Source: the human T2T-CHM13v2.0 reference genome, Homo sapiens | DNA length: 64,000 bases | Assembly (NCBI RefSeq): GCF_009914755.1 | Contig: NC_060936.1 | Reading direction: 5' to 3' (one strand) | Shown: piece after piece, positions 1 through 15,380 of the stretch | Layout of the letters: each line of letters opens with the position of its first letter | How positions within the stretch are numbered: the stretch's first letter is position 1 | Program-made: the position numbers and the translations under genes | The notes under the pieces: model-generated | Seen by the model: the letters and a program-made list of their open reading frames with translations, nothing else | Databases searched by the model: none | What the model was told of the DNA's origin: nothing

Positions 1-290
1 CAGTGGCTGCGTGACCTCTAAACCATAATTTCTAATCTTTGTAGCTAACTTGTTAGTACTGCAAAGACAGACTGGTCCCAGGCAAGTCAGGTATCTTTTT
101 GGGAAAGGGCTATTATCAATTTTGTTTCAGAGTCAAACCATGAACTGAATTTCTTCCCAAAGTTAGTTTGGCCTATGCCCAGGAATGAATAAGGACAGCT
201 TAAAGGTTAGAAGCAAGATAGAGTTGGTTAGGTCTGATCTCTTTCACTGTCATAATTTCCTCAGTTATAACTTTTGCAAAGGTGGTTTCA
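1..290 (-). mobile_element. ERV1 LTR, LTR8 family (cut by window edge)
   Basis: Reverse complement begins TGAAACCACCTTTGCAAAAGTTATAACTGAGGAAATTATGACAGTGAAAGAGATCAGACCTAACC, the LTR8 5' end as recalled. Confidence 0.8.
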
Positions 291-841
291 AAATCCACAG
301 GGTGATTTTGATATACCTCCCAATTGAGGGGAGGAGAGGGCACGCCTCACTTTGATTCCTTTGAGGACATCTGCTTGAAGGCACCAGAAGGACAGACACC
401 CCCAACTTGGCTCACCTCATCAGCTTCACTCCCTCCTTCTGGGCCTCTCTGACTGACACTGCCACCACTACTGTTCCCACTCAAAGCTCCTAATCATGCC
501 CTATGAAATCTTCTCTTTCAAAAATATCTGCCTAAATATTAAGGAGCAAAGTGAAAACTTTCTAGCTCTTTGCTCTTAAACCCTTACTAGGCCTTTTGTG
601 AGCTGGCCCTGGCTTGCATGTCAGTCTTCACACTCACATTCTCCACTCCATCTATGGGGGGCTCAGAGAGTGTCTCAAACACCAGGCTTTCTTCTCTTTC
701 CATGCCCCTGGGTTTCACACACAGCTTTCCTGCTACCTGAAGTATTCTTTCTTTTTCTGGTTAGTTATCACTCATCTTTTCAGTCTGGATGGGGTGCTTC
801 TTTCATAAACTTGTTCCTTTCCATTCCATGGCACTTACCAC

Positions 842-1763
842 TGCTGATCAAAAAGCCAAACTTTGTAAAATATTTAAAGAGGTTTATTCTGAGCCAAATA
901 TGAGTGACCATGGCCCAGGGCACAGTCCCAAGAGGTCTTGAGAACATGTGCCTGAGGTGGTTGGGTTACAGCTTAGTTTTCTACATTTCAGGGAGACAGA
1001 AGTTACAGGCAAAGACATAAATCAGTACATGTAAGGTATACATTGGTTTGGCACGGAGGGCATGACATCTCGCAGGATGGGTGTGGTAGCTTCCGGGTCA
1101 TAGGTGATTTAAAGATTTTCTGATGAGCAGTTGGTTGAAAGAGTTAAGTTTTGCCTGAAGAGTTGACATCAGCAGAAAGAAATGCTTGAGTTAAGGGGAG
1201 CTGCAGAAGCCAAGGCTCTTGTTATGTAGATGAAGCCTCTAAGTAGCAGGCTTCAGAGAGAACAGATGGTAAGTAAATGTCTCTTTTCATACCTTAAAAG
1301 GGGTCAGACTCTTAGTTAAATATCTACTGGATGCGGAAAATACATAGAAGGGGAAGAAGAGTCTACAGAATGCAAATTCCCCTACAAGAGACAGTTTTGC
1401 AGGGCATTTCAAAGTATGTCAAACAAATATATTTGGGGGTAACATACTCTGATTTCCTTGAGGGCCTGTTATCTGTCATGCAATGCCATTCCAAAGTCAG
1501 GTTGGAGCTGGGTATCTTATTGCCACAAAGAGTCTGTTTTGTCGTTCTTATGATTTTTAGTTTGGTGTTAATGCTGATCAGTTTTGCCTCAACCCCAAAG
1601 GTAAAAGCTATAATGAGGCATGTCCAATACCTCCTTTCCCATCGTGGCTTGAACTAGTTTTTCAGGTTGAACTAGTTTTTCAGGTTTCTTTGGGATCCCC
1701 TTGGCCAAGATGAGGGGTCCATCCAGTTGTTTGGGGGGCCTATAATTTTATTTTTGGCTTACA
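842..1763 (-). mobile_element. ERV1 solo LTR, MER4 group (MER4D/E-like), with 4-bp TSD
   Basis: TG...CA termini, CCAC duplicated at 838-841 and 1764-1767, MER4-type 5' end on the minus strand (TGTAAGCCAAAAATAAAATTATAGGCCCCCC). Confidence 0.8.
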
Positions 1764-1836
1764 CCACACTATTTTAATTATTAATACCTAGTTACTTATC
1801 TATATTGGCTTCTATACTCCAGGGATCTATGTCTAT

Positions 1837-2462
1837 TGTAACCACCCAAGGGGTTCTTCCTGCCTGCTGCACAAATAAAGACCACAGCATTGCAGTAAAG
1901 AAAGAGTTAATAGACACGAAGCTAACCATTCCATGTGGGAGATGGAGTTAGTACTCAAATCATCTCCTCCAAAGCTTGTGGGTTAGAGGTTTTTGAAAGT
2001 CCGTTTGCGGGAAAAGGTGGGGGTGGGTAGGCTTGCTGCTGATTTCTTGGGAAGGAGATGAACTCATAGGGGGTCAAAGATGTCCTCTTGTGCTGAGTCA
2101 CTTCTGGGTGAGGTCACAAGAGCAGGATTGGCAGGTCCAGGTAGTGTCAGACATGTAAAAATCCTGAAAAGATATTTCAAAGGCCAACCTACAATACTGG
2201 TATTATCTGCAGGAATGTCTGGCAATTTATGTCTACATCTTAGCAGAACTCAGATCCCTCTCTTTCCCCAGGCTAATGGCCTTTCATTAGCTTTACAAAG
2301 ACAATTGAGTATTGGGGAAGGCCCAATATCATTTAAACTATAAACTAAGTTAGCTCAGCCTAAGCCCAGGAATGATTAAGGCAGCTTGAAAGCTAAAGGC
2401 AAGAGTTCGGGTGGGCCAGATCAGATCTCTTTCACTTTTATAATGTTTGCAAAGGCATTTCA
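1837..2462 (-). mobile_element. ERV1 solo LTR, LTR8/LTR26-like
   Basis: TG...CA termini, near-TSD CTAT/CTGT; its right end (GATCTCTTTCACT...TTTGCAAAGG..TTTCA) resembles 236-290. Confidence 0.7.
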
Positions 2463-2720
2463 CTGTCTTTCTTATTGTTGACTCCTAGGCATTCAGCCCA
2501 CCATCTGGTACATACTAGATGGTTAATACTTGTTTATTATATGAATAAATGGAGAGGACAAGAGGGAAATAAACAAGGATGATGCAAGAAGCATGAAATT
2601 ATTCAAAGAACATGCTCCTGATCCTCTCCTAGCTTCTTTTCTCACAAGATTCAAAGGCTGTGACTCAGTCTACATCTCATTTTAGTTTGCTACATTCTAG
2701 TCTCAAAGGGTTGGTCTGAT

Positions 2721-3113
2721 TGTGAAGACAATTTGTGTTTGCTAGTTCCCCTCTTCTATATTGGGTGGGGGGCACTGTTTTACTTCTCTAGCATTCAGGA
2801 ATGAATCTGCAAGATATTTTGCTGCTTTTATAATAGGGAGCTTCTCATGTTTTTCATGAAGTGTAGCTTTTTCTTTTGCACTCTTGGGATCTGTCATGAG
2901 AAAAGCACACTCTCTGTGCTATTCCGCCTTCAGCCTAGGCCTCACAGTGAAGACATGTGGGACAGACTAGATAGAGCCCAACTGCAGCCTGAGTCAGAGC
3001 CACCCAGCTGACCTGCAGACCTGAGAGTAAGAACACAGATGTCTTTTGCTACAAGCCACTAAGATATCTGGGTTTGTTACCTGGCATTATTGCAGCAGTA
3101 AATAACTAATACA
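2721..3113 (+). mobile_element. old MaLR LTR (MLT1 family)
   Basis: Typical MLT1 3' end: AAGCCACTAAG...GGTTTGTTAC...GCAGCAGTAAATAACTAATACA. Confidence 0.65.
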
Positions 3114-3184
3114 CCATCTGCAGTATAGGAAGTAAAGAGCTCTCATTGACCCCAAATAAAATACGTACTTAGAAACATAAGAAC

Positions 3185-3625
3185 TGTGGTTGATACAGCA
3201 GATTGCCTCACTCATCATCCATTCCAACCTCATTCTAGTATTGTAGAGTCTGGCAGCCACAAATTACATTTCCTAGATCCTCTTACAGCTAGGTTTTCAA
3301 ATGTAACTTAGGTTCCATCAATCAGATGTAGTTGTATGAAACATGAATTCAGAACTGAGTTAAGCAAGGCACCCATTTTTATTGGTGCAGACTATGGCAG
3401 AAGCTTCCTTACTTGGCAACTTTCGGCACAGGTGGGGGCAACATTGTTTACCAAGGGGTGTCTTGTGATTCTGGAGACTGAGAGGTTCTCCTAGATCCTC
3501 TGCGTAGTCTGCTCTTCCAAGCCTTCCAATGTTTTTGTGAACCACATACCTGGTATTGTAGCATAAATTCCTTTCTTCTTAGTTAGAGTGATTTCTGTTG
3601 TCAGCTACCAAAGTCTAACTGATAG
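3185..3625 (+). mobile_element. ERVL-class LTR remnant (LTR16/LTR33-like)
   Basis: ATTACATTTCCTAGATCCTCTTACAGCTAGG motif and 3' end ATAAATTCCTTTC...CTAACTGATA. Confidence 0.5.
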
Positions 3626-4244
3626 AAATCATACAGCTGGAATTTCAAACTATAAGCCCATAAAAATCATACCATAAGAATTTCAAACTAAAAATTACAG
3701 GCTGATTCCTCATAGCCTCTTAATCACCTATGAGATAAAATATAAGTTCAGCCTGATATACATTTCACAATATGACCCTAACCTACTTTTCCAAACTCTT
3801 CTCTTACATCCTTTCTCAACTATTATAAGCACCAGTCATACTGTGCTGCTAGACATACACAAAGAACAACATGCTTTTCTGTGCCTTGGGCATGACATTT
3901 TCTCTTCCATGCACTTACTTTTTAACTCCTTGTTTTGTTTAATTAGCAAATGTTTATTGATTGCCTGCAATATGCCATGTCCTGTGCTAGGCAGTGAAAG
4001 TATAAAGATAAATAAACAAGACCCCGATATGCAAGGAGATCATAATCTAGTGTGACAGACTAAAATATAAATAAATAATTATAATAAATCTTGTTAAGTG
4101 CTAAGATATGAGTTTGAAAAAAAAAGAAAAAAATTCCGGGACAATGGAAAAAAAAAAAAAAAACCAGAGGCTTGTTTACCTGAAGAATTGGTAAACGCTT
4201 ACCAGAGAAGGTAATCCTGGAGTTAGGGTTTATAATGTGAATCA

Positions 4245-4603
4245 TCTTAGTCAGTTCAGGCTACTAAAACCATACCATGAACTGGGTGGCCTAAGCACAT
4301 GCATTGATTTCTCACAGTTCTGGAGTCTGGGAGGTCCAAGTTCAAGGCACTGGCAGATTCAGAGTTTGGCAAGAGCCCCCTTCCTGGCTCATAGAAAGCC
4401 GTCTTCTTGCTGTGAACTCACATGGCAGAAGTGGGTGAGAGAGCTCTTTGGAGTCCCTTTTATAAGGAGTATTCCCATTTCTTAGAGCTCCATCCTCATG
4501 ACCTAATTACCTACCAAACGCCCCACCTCCTAATACAGTCCCCTTGGGTTCAGGATTTCAACATATGAATTTTGTGGGGAACACAAACGCTCAGTCCATT
4601 GCA
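4245..4603 (-). mobile_element. MaLR LTR (MLT1A-like)
   Basis: TCTTAGTC...TTTCTCACAGTTCTGGAG.CTGGGAGGTCCAAG...GATTTCAACATATGAATTTTG; resembles 24653-25000 and 44126-44488. Confidence 0.75.
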
Positions 4604-5164
4604 TGAATTGTGTAGAAAATTGACCAGGTATAGCATATGCCAGGAAATGATGAAGAGCAATTCAGGCTTTCAGAGTAGGGGAGTAAAACAAAATTAGATC
4701 ACATTTGCATTTCAATTGTAAATCACTTTTTAAAGCAATATTATGGAATCTGGCAAGCAAGAGAGTCAGTGGAGGTTTTTCTATAAGGAAGTAATGTGAT
4801 TAAATTATACTCTCATGCTTATTCTGGTGGCCACATGGAACAGGGACTGGAGTGGAAGAGACTGACGACCAGGAAATAGTTTAGGAGATGGTTGCGATGC
4901 AGTGAGACTCTGAGCTAATTCAGTAGCAGAAGCGGGTGGAGAGAAAGAGATCAGTTGTCGGAAATGTGTTTCTGGGATAGAATGTATAGGACTTGACGAA
5001 CCATTAGATCTGAGGAATAAGAGGAGAGAGGAATTGGGATTCTGACGTTTCTGGCTTTCATCATTGGCTAGATATGTGCAAGCACTTGTTAACTTTCAAT
5101 AGATATTTATTGAGAAAATGACTACAATTGGCTCCACTCACCCAGAGAGAATATAAGAAAAGAA

Positions 5165-5166
<2 letters not shown>

Positions 5167-5209
<43 letters not shown>
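5167..5209. repeat. (GT)n microsatellite
   Basis: Directly visible. Confidence 0.97.
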
Positions 5210-5210
<1 letters not shown>

Positions 5211-5786
5211 ATGTGCATGCATGTTGGAGCTGGGGGAGGAAAAAGTGATGTTTTGAAATGTTCCCGTGTTTTGTCCACTTGCTCATTGATAGTAGACAGA
5301 TTAATTCTGGGGAGTGATCAGAACTGGAGCTATCTATTATATTTGGATATCAAGAGCATATAGGAAGATAAGAGAGGGTAATATTGCCCAGGGTTAGTGT
5401 GTAGAGTGAGAAGAAAATTGGTCTAGGGATAAATGTTGGGGAATGCCAATATAAAGGGAAGATAGAGCGGGAGGAATCAGAGAAGGAGACAGGGAAAGAA
5501 TCCAAGGGGAAAACCATTTTAAGAAGATGGCATTTGGGATATCAAATGTAGCTGAGTAAGAGATGTAAAGTGTCCAGTGGATTGAAAACTAGGAAGAGCA
5601 GCTTGGCAAGAGCACGCTCCACTGTAGTTGTAGTTGGATGGTAGTGGTGTGAATAGGATCTGAGAGTTGGAAAGAGATAATATTAATATACTTACATGTT
5701 TGGGCCTGGGTGAGAATAGCAGGAGAGGTAGGGTAGTTGTTCTAGGGAGGCTAAGGATAACAGGAAGATATCTTCTTTCTTTTAAC

Positions 5787-6078
5787 TTTTTTTTTTGAGA
5801 TGGAGTCTCACTCTGTTGCCCAGGCTGGAGTAACAGTGGTGCGATCTCAGCTCACTGCAAACTCCGCCTCCTGGGTTCAAGTGATTCTTGTGCCTCAGCC
5901 TCCTGAGTAACTAGGATTACAGGTGTGCCCCATCATCCCACCTAATTTTTGTATTTTTAGTAGAGATGAGGTTTTGCCATGTTGACCAGGCTGGTCTGGA
6001 ACTCCTGGCCTCAAGTGATCCACCCGCCAAGGCCTCCCAAAGTGCTGGGATTACAGGCATGAGCCACCGTGCCCAGCC
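5787..6078 (-). mobile_element. AluS
   Basis: Full dimeric Alu in reverse with poly-T; GGAAGATAT flanks both sides. Confidence 0.93.
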
Positions 6079-6204
6079 AGGGAAGATATTTTCTAAAGGA
6101 GAATGAAGAGACAGGATATAACAAAACTGCTGTTCCTACCACTATTAATACCATCACCACCTCTGCTAACACCACCATTAACTAAAGTAAAGATACATTG
6201 CCTT

Positions 6205-6346
6205 GCTGGGCGCAGTGGCTCACACCTGTAATCCCAGCACTTTGGGAGGCCAAGGCGGGCAGATCACCTGAGGTCAGGAGTTTGCGACCAGTCAGACCAT
6301 CATGGAGAAACCCCGTCTCTAATAAAAATACAAAATTAGCCAGGCG
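6205..6346 (+). mobile_element. 3'-truncated Alu (left monomer and linker only)
   Basis: GCTGGGCGCAGTGGCTCACACCTGTAATCCC...AATACAAAATTAGCCAGGCG, then non-Alu sequence. Confidence 0.88.
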
Positions 6347-6588
6347 CTATATCCAGTCCCTCAGGAAGCCCTGTCAATTTTACCTCCCACACACCCACCT
6401 TTTACTTCTGTTCACTTCTTCTCCATGGTTGCCATCATTACCTTAGTTCAAAGTATCATCACCTTCTTCCTGGACCCTTATGTAACTCCTAGCTAGTTTT
6501 ACTCTACCCCTCTGTTCTCTACACAGTAGCTGGAGTGAATTTTCTATTGGAAATCTGGTAACACCACATCCCTTCTTAAGCTTCCTAG

Positions 6589-6972
<384 letters not shown>

Positions 6973-6999
6973 ATCTTTTCCTTTTTAAAAACACTTGCC

Positions 7000-7345
7000 A
7001 CAGGGCCTTTGCACATGTAGTTTCCTATTCTTGGAACACGTTTTCCTTCCCTCTTCATCATAGTCAATTTTTGCTCTTCTTTCAGATCTCATCTCTAGCA
7101 CTGTTTTCTCAGAGAAGCCCTCTTCAACCTCCTTGACTGAGTCAATCCTTCCCATTTTCATAGCCCTGGATACCTTTCCTTATAGTGCATGTCACAGTTT
7201 TACATTTTGTCTCTCCCTCCACCTCTAGACTATAATCTCCAGAAAGAAATGGACCTTGTCTGTTTTTACGCATCATTATCTTACTCCAGCAATTAGCATG
7301 ATGTTTCACACACAGTAGATGACCAATATTTGTTCAGTGAGTGAA
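7000..7345 (+). mobile_element. L2 3' end remnant
   Basis: CAGGGCCTTTGCACATG...CTAGACT...AATATTTGTT..GTGAGTGAATG. Confidence 0.6.
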
Positions 7346-8771
7346 TGGTTGGATACATGGATGAATCAAAGTATTTATCAATTGTCAGTCATACTATATA
7401 CAAGATTCCTTCATTAGATAAGAATGATATTAGATGATTTATAACGTTCCTTCAAACTTTTAGGCTGTTTTTTGCATGAGGGAAAATCCATCTTTAGATT
7501 ATACCTGTCATTTCTTCGTGCCATATAGTGCTTCTTGCACCAAGAGACTATGTCATTTATTTAGCCTTTTGATGTTCAATCATGTGATTAACATAGTTAT
7601 TCAATTCTAGGAGACAGAGATGGAATTTGACTTAGATATTCTGAGAAAAATTCCTCAAGTTATATTCAGAAAAAAATAAAAATAATCATTTACAAAGATA
7701 GTTAAGTAATCCCCTTAAAGAAGGAGCGTCAATGATTGGAAAGGCCAAATAGCAAGATGTGTCAGTCATGATATGAATTTAATTGTCATGAAGCGAAAAA
7801 GAAAATACATTATAGCAAATACTCCAGGACCAATAACAGATTTTTTTTTCACTGTTGGAAACCTTAGGTTTATGAAAGGACCTGTGTATGAACCAATAGC
7901 CCACTTTTAAAATTAAAGGCACAAAGGCATATTTTTAGAATAATATGTTTTGATAAGACATTTCTGAGAATTGAATATATCCATATTAACAACTTCATTA
8001 GTTGGGGAAGAAGTGTTTATTTTAATCTTTGCAAGATCTAGAAAATATCTAGTGTTGTAGCGTATACTGAGTACTTAAATATTATTGAATTATAGCAGAG
8101 AAATATACAATAGAAAAAATTAAGCTCTCCCTTTGAAGGACAATATGGATGAAAGCTGTGGCAGTTGTTTTCTCTTAAGCTCTTTGCAACCTACTCTCTC
8201 TCTAAAGGGTTGGCTCAATCTCACTTAAAGTATTCTGTATTTAGAGGTATAGGTACTGAACTTACCATAAAGCAATTTACCACCTTGAATTGTTTCTCAT
8301 ATATCTTCCGATACCCCACACCACCCCATCCCAGAAGCTTCTATGGTGTTGAGACCCTGTCCGTCTTGATTAATTACAGTTTGTAGCTTTTCACAATGGT
8401 ATTTTGCATATTCAGTTGTGACTGATATCTGTGAAAATGAAAATCAGTCTCTGTTTATAAAGAACAAATGTTCTTCATCATAGATATTATAATCTTAAAG
8501 AAAACTATAACTTTAAACCTTAAAAACTTTTCTTTCTTAATTTTTTTTTTGGTATCTTGTAAGTGCAGAGGCCTCAATTGCAAGGAGAAAAAAGAGAGAT
8601 GGAGGGGATCCTACCCTTCCTGTAAGTTGGTACCTACAAGATGTACCAACCAGTTGCACTGTTCCAAATTAGGACTCTCTTTAGTTCCTAACTCAAGTAA
8701 ACAATCTATTAACACTACAATAAACAGACAAGTTATTTACAACATTATGAGACAAACAGAAAATTGAAAGC

Positions 8772-9185
8772 TATTGCAGGTTTGCATCTCTGGAAAGTAG
8801 ACCCTGAGACAAAGATTGACATGCAGGACATTTACTGGGGAGTGCTCCCGGGATCAACACCTGCGGGTGGTGGATGGGAGGCAGCAGGATTGGACGCATG
8901 GAGAAGTTGGACTAAAATGCAGTTGCCACATGTCCTCTGCTGATGGACCCCACTGGAAGCACTGAGGCCCAGATGTCTCCTCAGTGGAGTGCCAAGTTAG
9001 GGTATGGACCTTTAACCACGCATCAAGCAGTCACTGAATGTGGGCTGCCCCAGGGAAAGGCGCATGACCTTGAGGGAAAAGGCTCAGAAGCTGAGGACTG
9101 TCAGCCAGTAGCACAGCCAGCCAGTGAGGCATCAGCCCTTCAGTCATGAAGGAATTGCTAGGCAATGAAGCACAGCCTCTATCAC
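8772..9185 (-). mobile_element. ERVL-class LTR remnant (LTR16-like)
   Basis: AGACCCTGAGACAAAGATT...TTTACTGGGGAGTGCTCCCGGGATCAACACCTG motif. Confidence 0.45.
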
Positions 9186-9189
9186 CAAT

Positions 9190-9190
<1 letters not shown>

Positions 9191-9236
<46 letters not shown>

Positions 9237-9245
9237 GTGTGTGTT
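9191..9245. repeat. (GT)n microsatellite
   Basis: Directly visible. Confidence 0.95.
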
Positions 9246-10104
9246 TGTGTGGTGGGGGTGGGGGGTGTTGACAACATCCAATAATTTTTGTTTTCCTTTA
9301 GGTGTGATGATTTTATTATGGTTATGTTTTAAAAACAAGTTCTTATCTTTTAGCAATAGAGGCCAAAATATTTACTAGTGAAATGATATCATGGATAGGA
9401 ATTACTTTAAATAAAATAATATTGGGGAGGATGTGGGGAGGAGTGGGACTCTAACTAAAACATGAATTGATCATCGTTGAAGTTGGGTGATTGGTACATG
9501 AGCTCCATTATACTGTTCTCCCTACTTTAGTATATTTTGACTTTTTTCATAATTAAAAATGTAAAAAAAAAGCAATTTAAAAAATAATAATTTAGAAAAC
9601 AAATCTGTAGTTAATAAGGCATCACAGATGAGATTTCTATGAATAAGGGTTGTTGCTTGTCTGAATGAGATTCTTTCTTTCTAAATAAAATGTAATTAAT
9701 TAGAGGGATATTTCTGCCCTAATTTCACAGAGAAGAGAGTAGGAAAAAAATAGAGATGAATTTAGGTTTGAATGAAGGACAAATGCCCTAGGAAGTAAAG
9801 AGTTATTAAAAATCCTCTTAGATTCCTGAGAAAGTGTTGTGGGCATCTTAAGGATGAAAAAGACATACATCCTTCTGAGAAGCCTCTTGTGAAATTAGAC
9901 AGAAGGCACTTGGGACGGTTGTAGCCATCCAGCTGCGTTTCATGTTCTAGAGTGTAGCTGTTGCTGTTTTTTCCCCTTCCTTTTCAACACATGGTAACTT
10001 TTTTCCCCTTTGAAGAGAAAAATAGCTTTTATGTGTGCCATGAACAAAAAATAATTTTTGTTCTTGGTAACAAAATATTTGTATATCCAGTTTCAGAACC
10101 GGTG

Positions 10105-10485
10105 ATAAAGAAAGCCAAGTTAAAAATAACAGAACACTCACAGAAATAGAGGGTAGAATTGTGGTCACTAGAGGCTGGGAAGTGTAGGGGGAGGAGGGCA
10201 CAGAGTGAGGTTGGGGGACAGTTACAAAATGACAACTAGATGGGAGGAATACGTTCTAGTGCCCTCTAGCACTGTGGGGTTAATATGGTCAACTCTGCTG
10301 TATTTTCTCAAAAAGCTAGAAGGGAGGATTTGGAATGTTCTCAACACAAATAATAAATGCTTGATGTGATGGATATACTAATTACCCTTATTTGATCATC
10401 ACTAATTGTATATATTCATGGAAATATCAACTCTGTACCCATATAGATATACAATTATTATGTGACAAATAATAAAAGATAAAAA
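10105..10485 (+). mobile_element. L1MA 3' UTR fragment
   Basis: GAGGGTAGAATTGTGGTCACTAGAGGCTGGG...GATATACTAATTACCCT..TTTGATCAT; similar to 13690-14020. Confidence 0.75.
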
Positions 10486-12039
10486 CCCACAGAGCATTAA
10501 CATCTACATGTTATTTTTTAGGATAAAAATTCATACATACAGCATATTTCCAGACTGTGCTGTTTCTAACTTCTGTCTTAGTACCTGCACTAAAGCACCT
10601 TACCATTGTTAGGAAGTGAAGTGGATCCTACTAGCTGCTGACAGTATTACCTTGAGCTCTGTTCTGCTATTGTGATTCAGTAGGAAGACTTTTTATGTGT
10701 GTGATATGGAAAAGCATTTTTTTTAAAAAAGATTAAGTTTGTAATTGACATAACAGTTTCAAATGGCATGATTAACTGGATTTGCGTATATCATTAATAA
10801 CTGAAAAAAAATACCACATTGCCCAGGCTTCATGTCATTCCACATGGTGGACTTGTCTTTACACTAAAAGGATAAAAGAACATCTGTTCCTTGGCAGCTT
10901 TGGCCTCCCTGGGGCCCAATTTGGCCCTCCCTATTTGGACCAGATTCCTACCAAAATGGGATGTGGGCCCTGCATCCTCTAATTAATCTTGCTGTGTTTC
11001 TTGCTGTTTGCATGGCTACTTTTCTTCTAACCTTCACTTTGGGTCCTTGTCTCAGATGTTATGCCAAGATAAGTTGAGAGAAACTATTGGTAGGCCAGGA
11101 GAAAATGCAAAAGTCTCATGGGTTTTCTGAAACATTAAGGTTTCAGACAGTGCTAAGTAGAGTAAAAGCAGAATATTAATGCTAGTGCTCTAGAAATCTC
11201 CACTGAACCAAGCATGGCTAATATTTCACTGCCGCCATTATTGCAGTTACTTGGTCAATCATTAATGGGGAGGTTTGTTCTCTTCACAGCATGGCAATGA
11301 GTGGCTCCATCCTTCCAAAAGTGGCTCTCTCACCCAGCAGTGGGCCAAGCAGTACTTTGTGAACAGGCATGGTCTGGTTCCTCGGTGCCATTCTCATACT
11401 TCTTTTCCTACTTCTGTTCTTTCTACTTCTTTCTGCCATTTTCCTTTCTTTCACTTTCCTTCCTTTACCCACTTTCTCTTGTCACATCATCCTTTTCCAC
11501 ACCATGCCTCACTTACCCATAAGCCTGGCTGAAAGCTAAAATGTGAAGTCAAAGAATATGCTTTGGACTCCCTTTCTTTCTCTTTTATTCCACACCCCTC
11601 CTCACTGTTAAAAGTGCTTTCTTCACCCTCTCTCCTAACAAAGCTTCCTGGCAGGTAAAGGACTGCTGGACTCTTGGGAACACTGAGAGGTAAATAACAG
11701 TGCTGAGTTTCCCACCCAGTGGCATTTGTATTTTAACAATTGCCCTCACTGTTCCCATTTTCACCCTTGACCCTCCTCTTCATTACTTATACTTTCTACC
11801 TTTCCTTGTCTTCCTTATTCTTTCTGGTTGCTTTTGTATTACGCTTTCTCCAAATCTTCTTACCAAGTACTTGCCTTAATACCTTCTTCTCATTTTTGCC
11901 CACAACATGCTCCTAGGTCTTCTCTACTTACAACATCACTACTTCTAGAGTCCAGGATAGCTCATTATCTCTCGAACATGTCTATCTTCTTTGACCTTCA
12001 TGGCCTCCTAATATCTGTCAGCTTTTAAAAATCTGTGCA

Positions 12040-14027
<1,988 letters not shown>

Positions 14028-14194
14028 AAAAATCTTTGCTTGGCTAAAAGAAACAGGAGTATTTATTTATTTGTAGCTTGTTTTCCAGCTACTTAGAACT
14101 CCCAGTCATCATCACCAACAAACTGATGTGTTTGCAGTAGAATGATATGAATGCAAATACTTAAAGAGCAAGATAATCTAAGCAAACAAGAGTT

Positions 14195-14660
14195 ACATCA
14201 GTTAGGGTCTTTGGTTGTGAAAAAAGAGACACACTCTGACTAACACAGGGGAAAGGAGTTTATTAAAAGGATCTGCAGGACTCAATGGAAATGCTAAAGA
14301 CTGGAGTCCTAGATGGGCCAAGAACAGGGGCAGCTTTGGGTGTCAGGACAGCGGGAACTTAGGCACATGCTCCTTGGGGCACTGCAGCCTGATAAAAATA
14401 CTGTCAGTATTCCCCCCAATATCTGATCCCTTCTGCTCAAGATACAAATTTCAATGAGAGAATACAATGAGCCAAGCTTGGCTCACAGGCCCACCCTTCC
14501 ACTGGTGAGAGGGGGCTTGCTTGGGGTTGTCTAGTCCTGGGCCCACTGAAGGGGAGCCCAAGCAGTAGATATCCAAGAGCAGAGGGGAGTTCCCCAAAGC
14601 AAAATCAGGGCGCTATGACCAAAAGGAGAGATGATGGATGCTGAGGGGCCAAAACCCAAA
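14195..14660 (-). mobile_element. old MaLR LTR remnant (MLT1J/K-like)
   Basis: CATCAGTTAGGGTCTTTGGTTG...TTTATTAAAAGGAT start motif. Confidence 0.5.
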
Positions 14661-14784
14661 GTGGGCACCAGAGTTAAGAAATAAGTAGATTCCAGTGAGG
14701 ACGAAGAAGATTCAAACTACATCCATTTTAATCATTTTGCTGAGGTTTGTTGAGAGCATTGCTCCTCCTTTTCTAAAAATAGCC

Positions 14785-15091
<307 letters not shown>

Positions 15092-15169
15092 GCCAAGATG
15101 CTAGGTTTAGTGTTCAAGGCCAGGCTACTGAAGAGGAAGAATTGGATAAGAATAGCAAACATGATATAG

Positions 15170-15380
15170 CCCTATGAGTCCGGAGATGCTAAGTGTTTTT
15201 CACATATTAACTAATTTAATCCCAGCAGGAACCCAAAGAGGTAGGCATTCTACTCAATTTCATTTTACAGAGGAGAAAACAGGCATAGTGAAATTAATCC
15301 ACTCCCTTAAGACTGCACAGGTGTTACCATATGCAGCCGAGTAAGTATTCAAACCCAGGCAATGTGGGGCAGTCTGGCTC
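15170..15380 (-). mobile_element. MIR
   Basis: CATTTTACAGAGGAGAAAACAGGC...TTCAAACCCAGGC core. Confidence 0.65.

Noticed and set aside
11380-11520. Pyrimidine-rich tract (also 28610-28740) as a triplex or cryptic exon
   Set aside because: Low-complexity sequence with no clear mirror symmetry or exon evidence.
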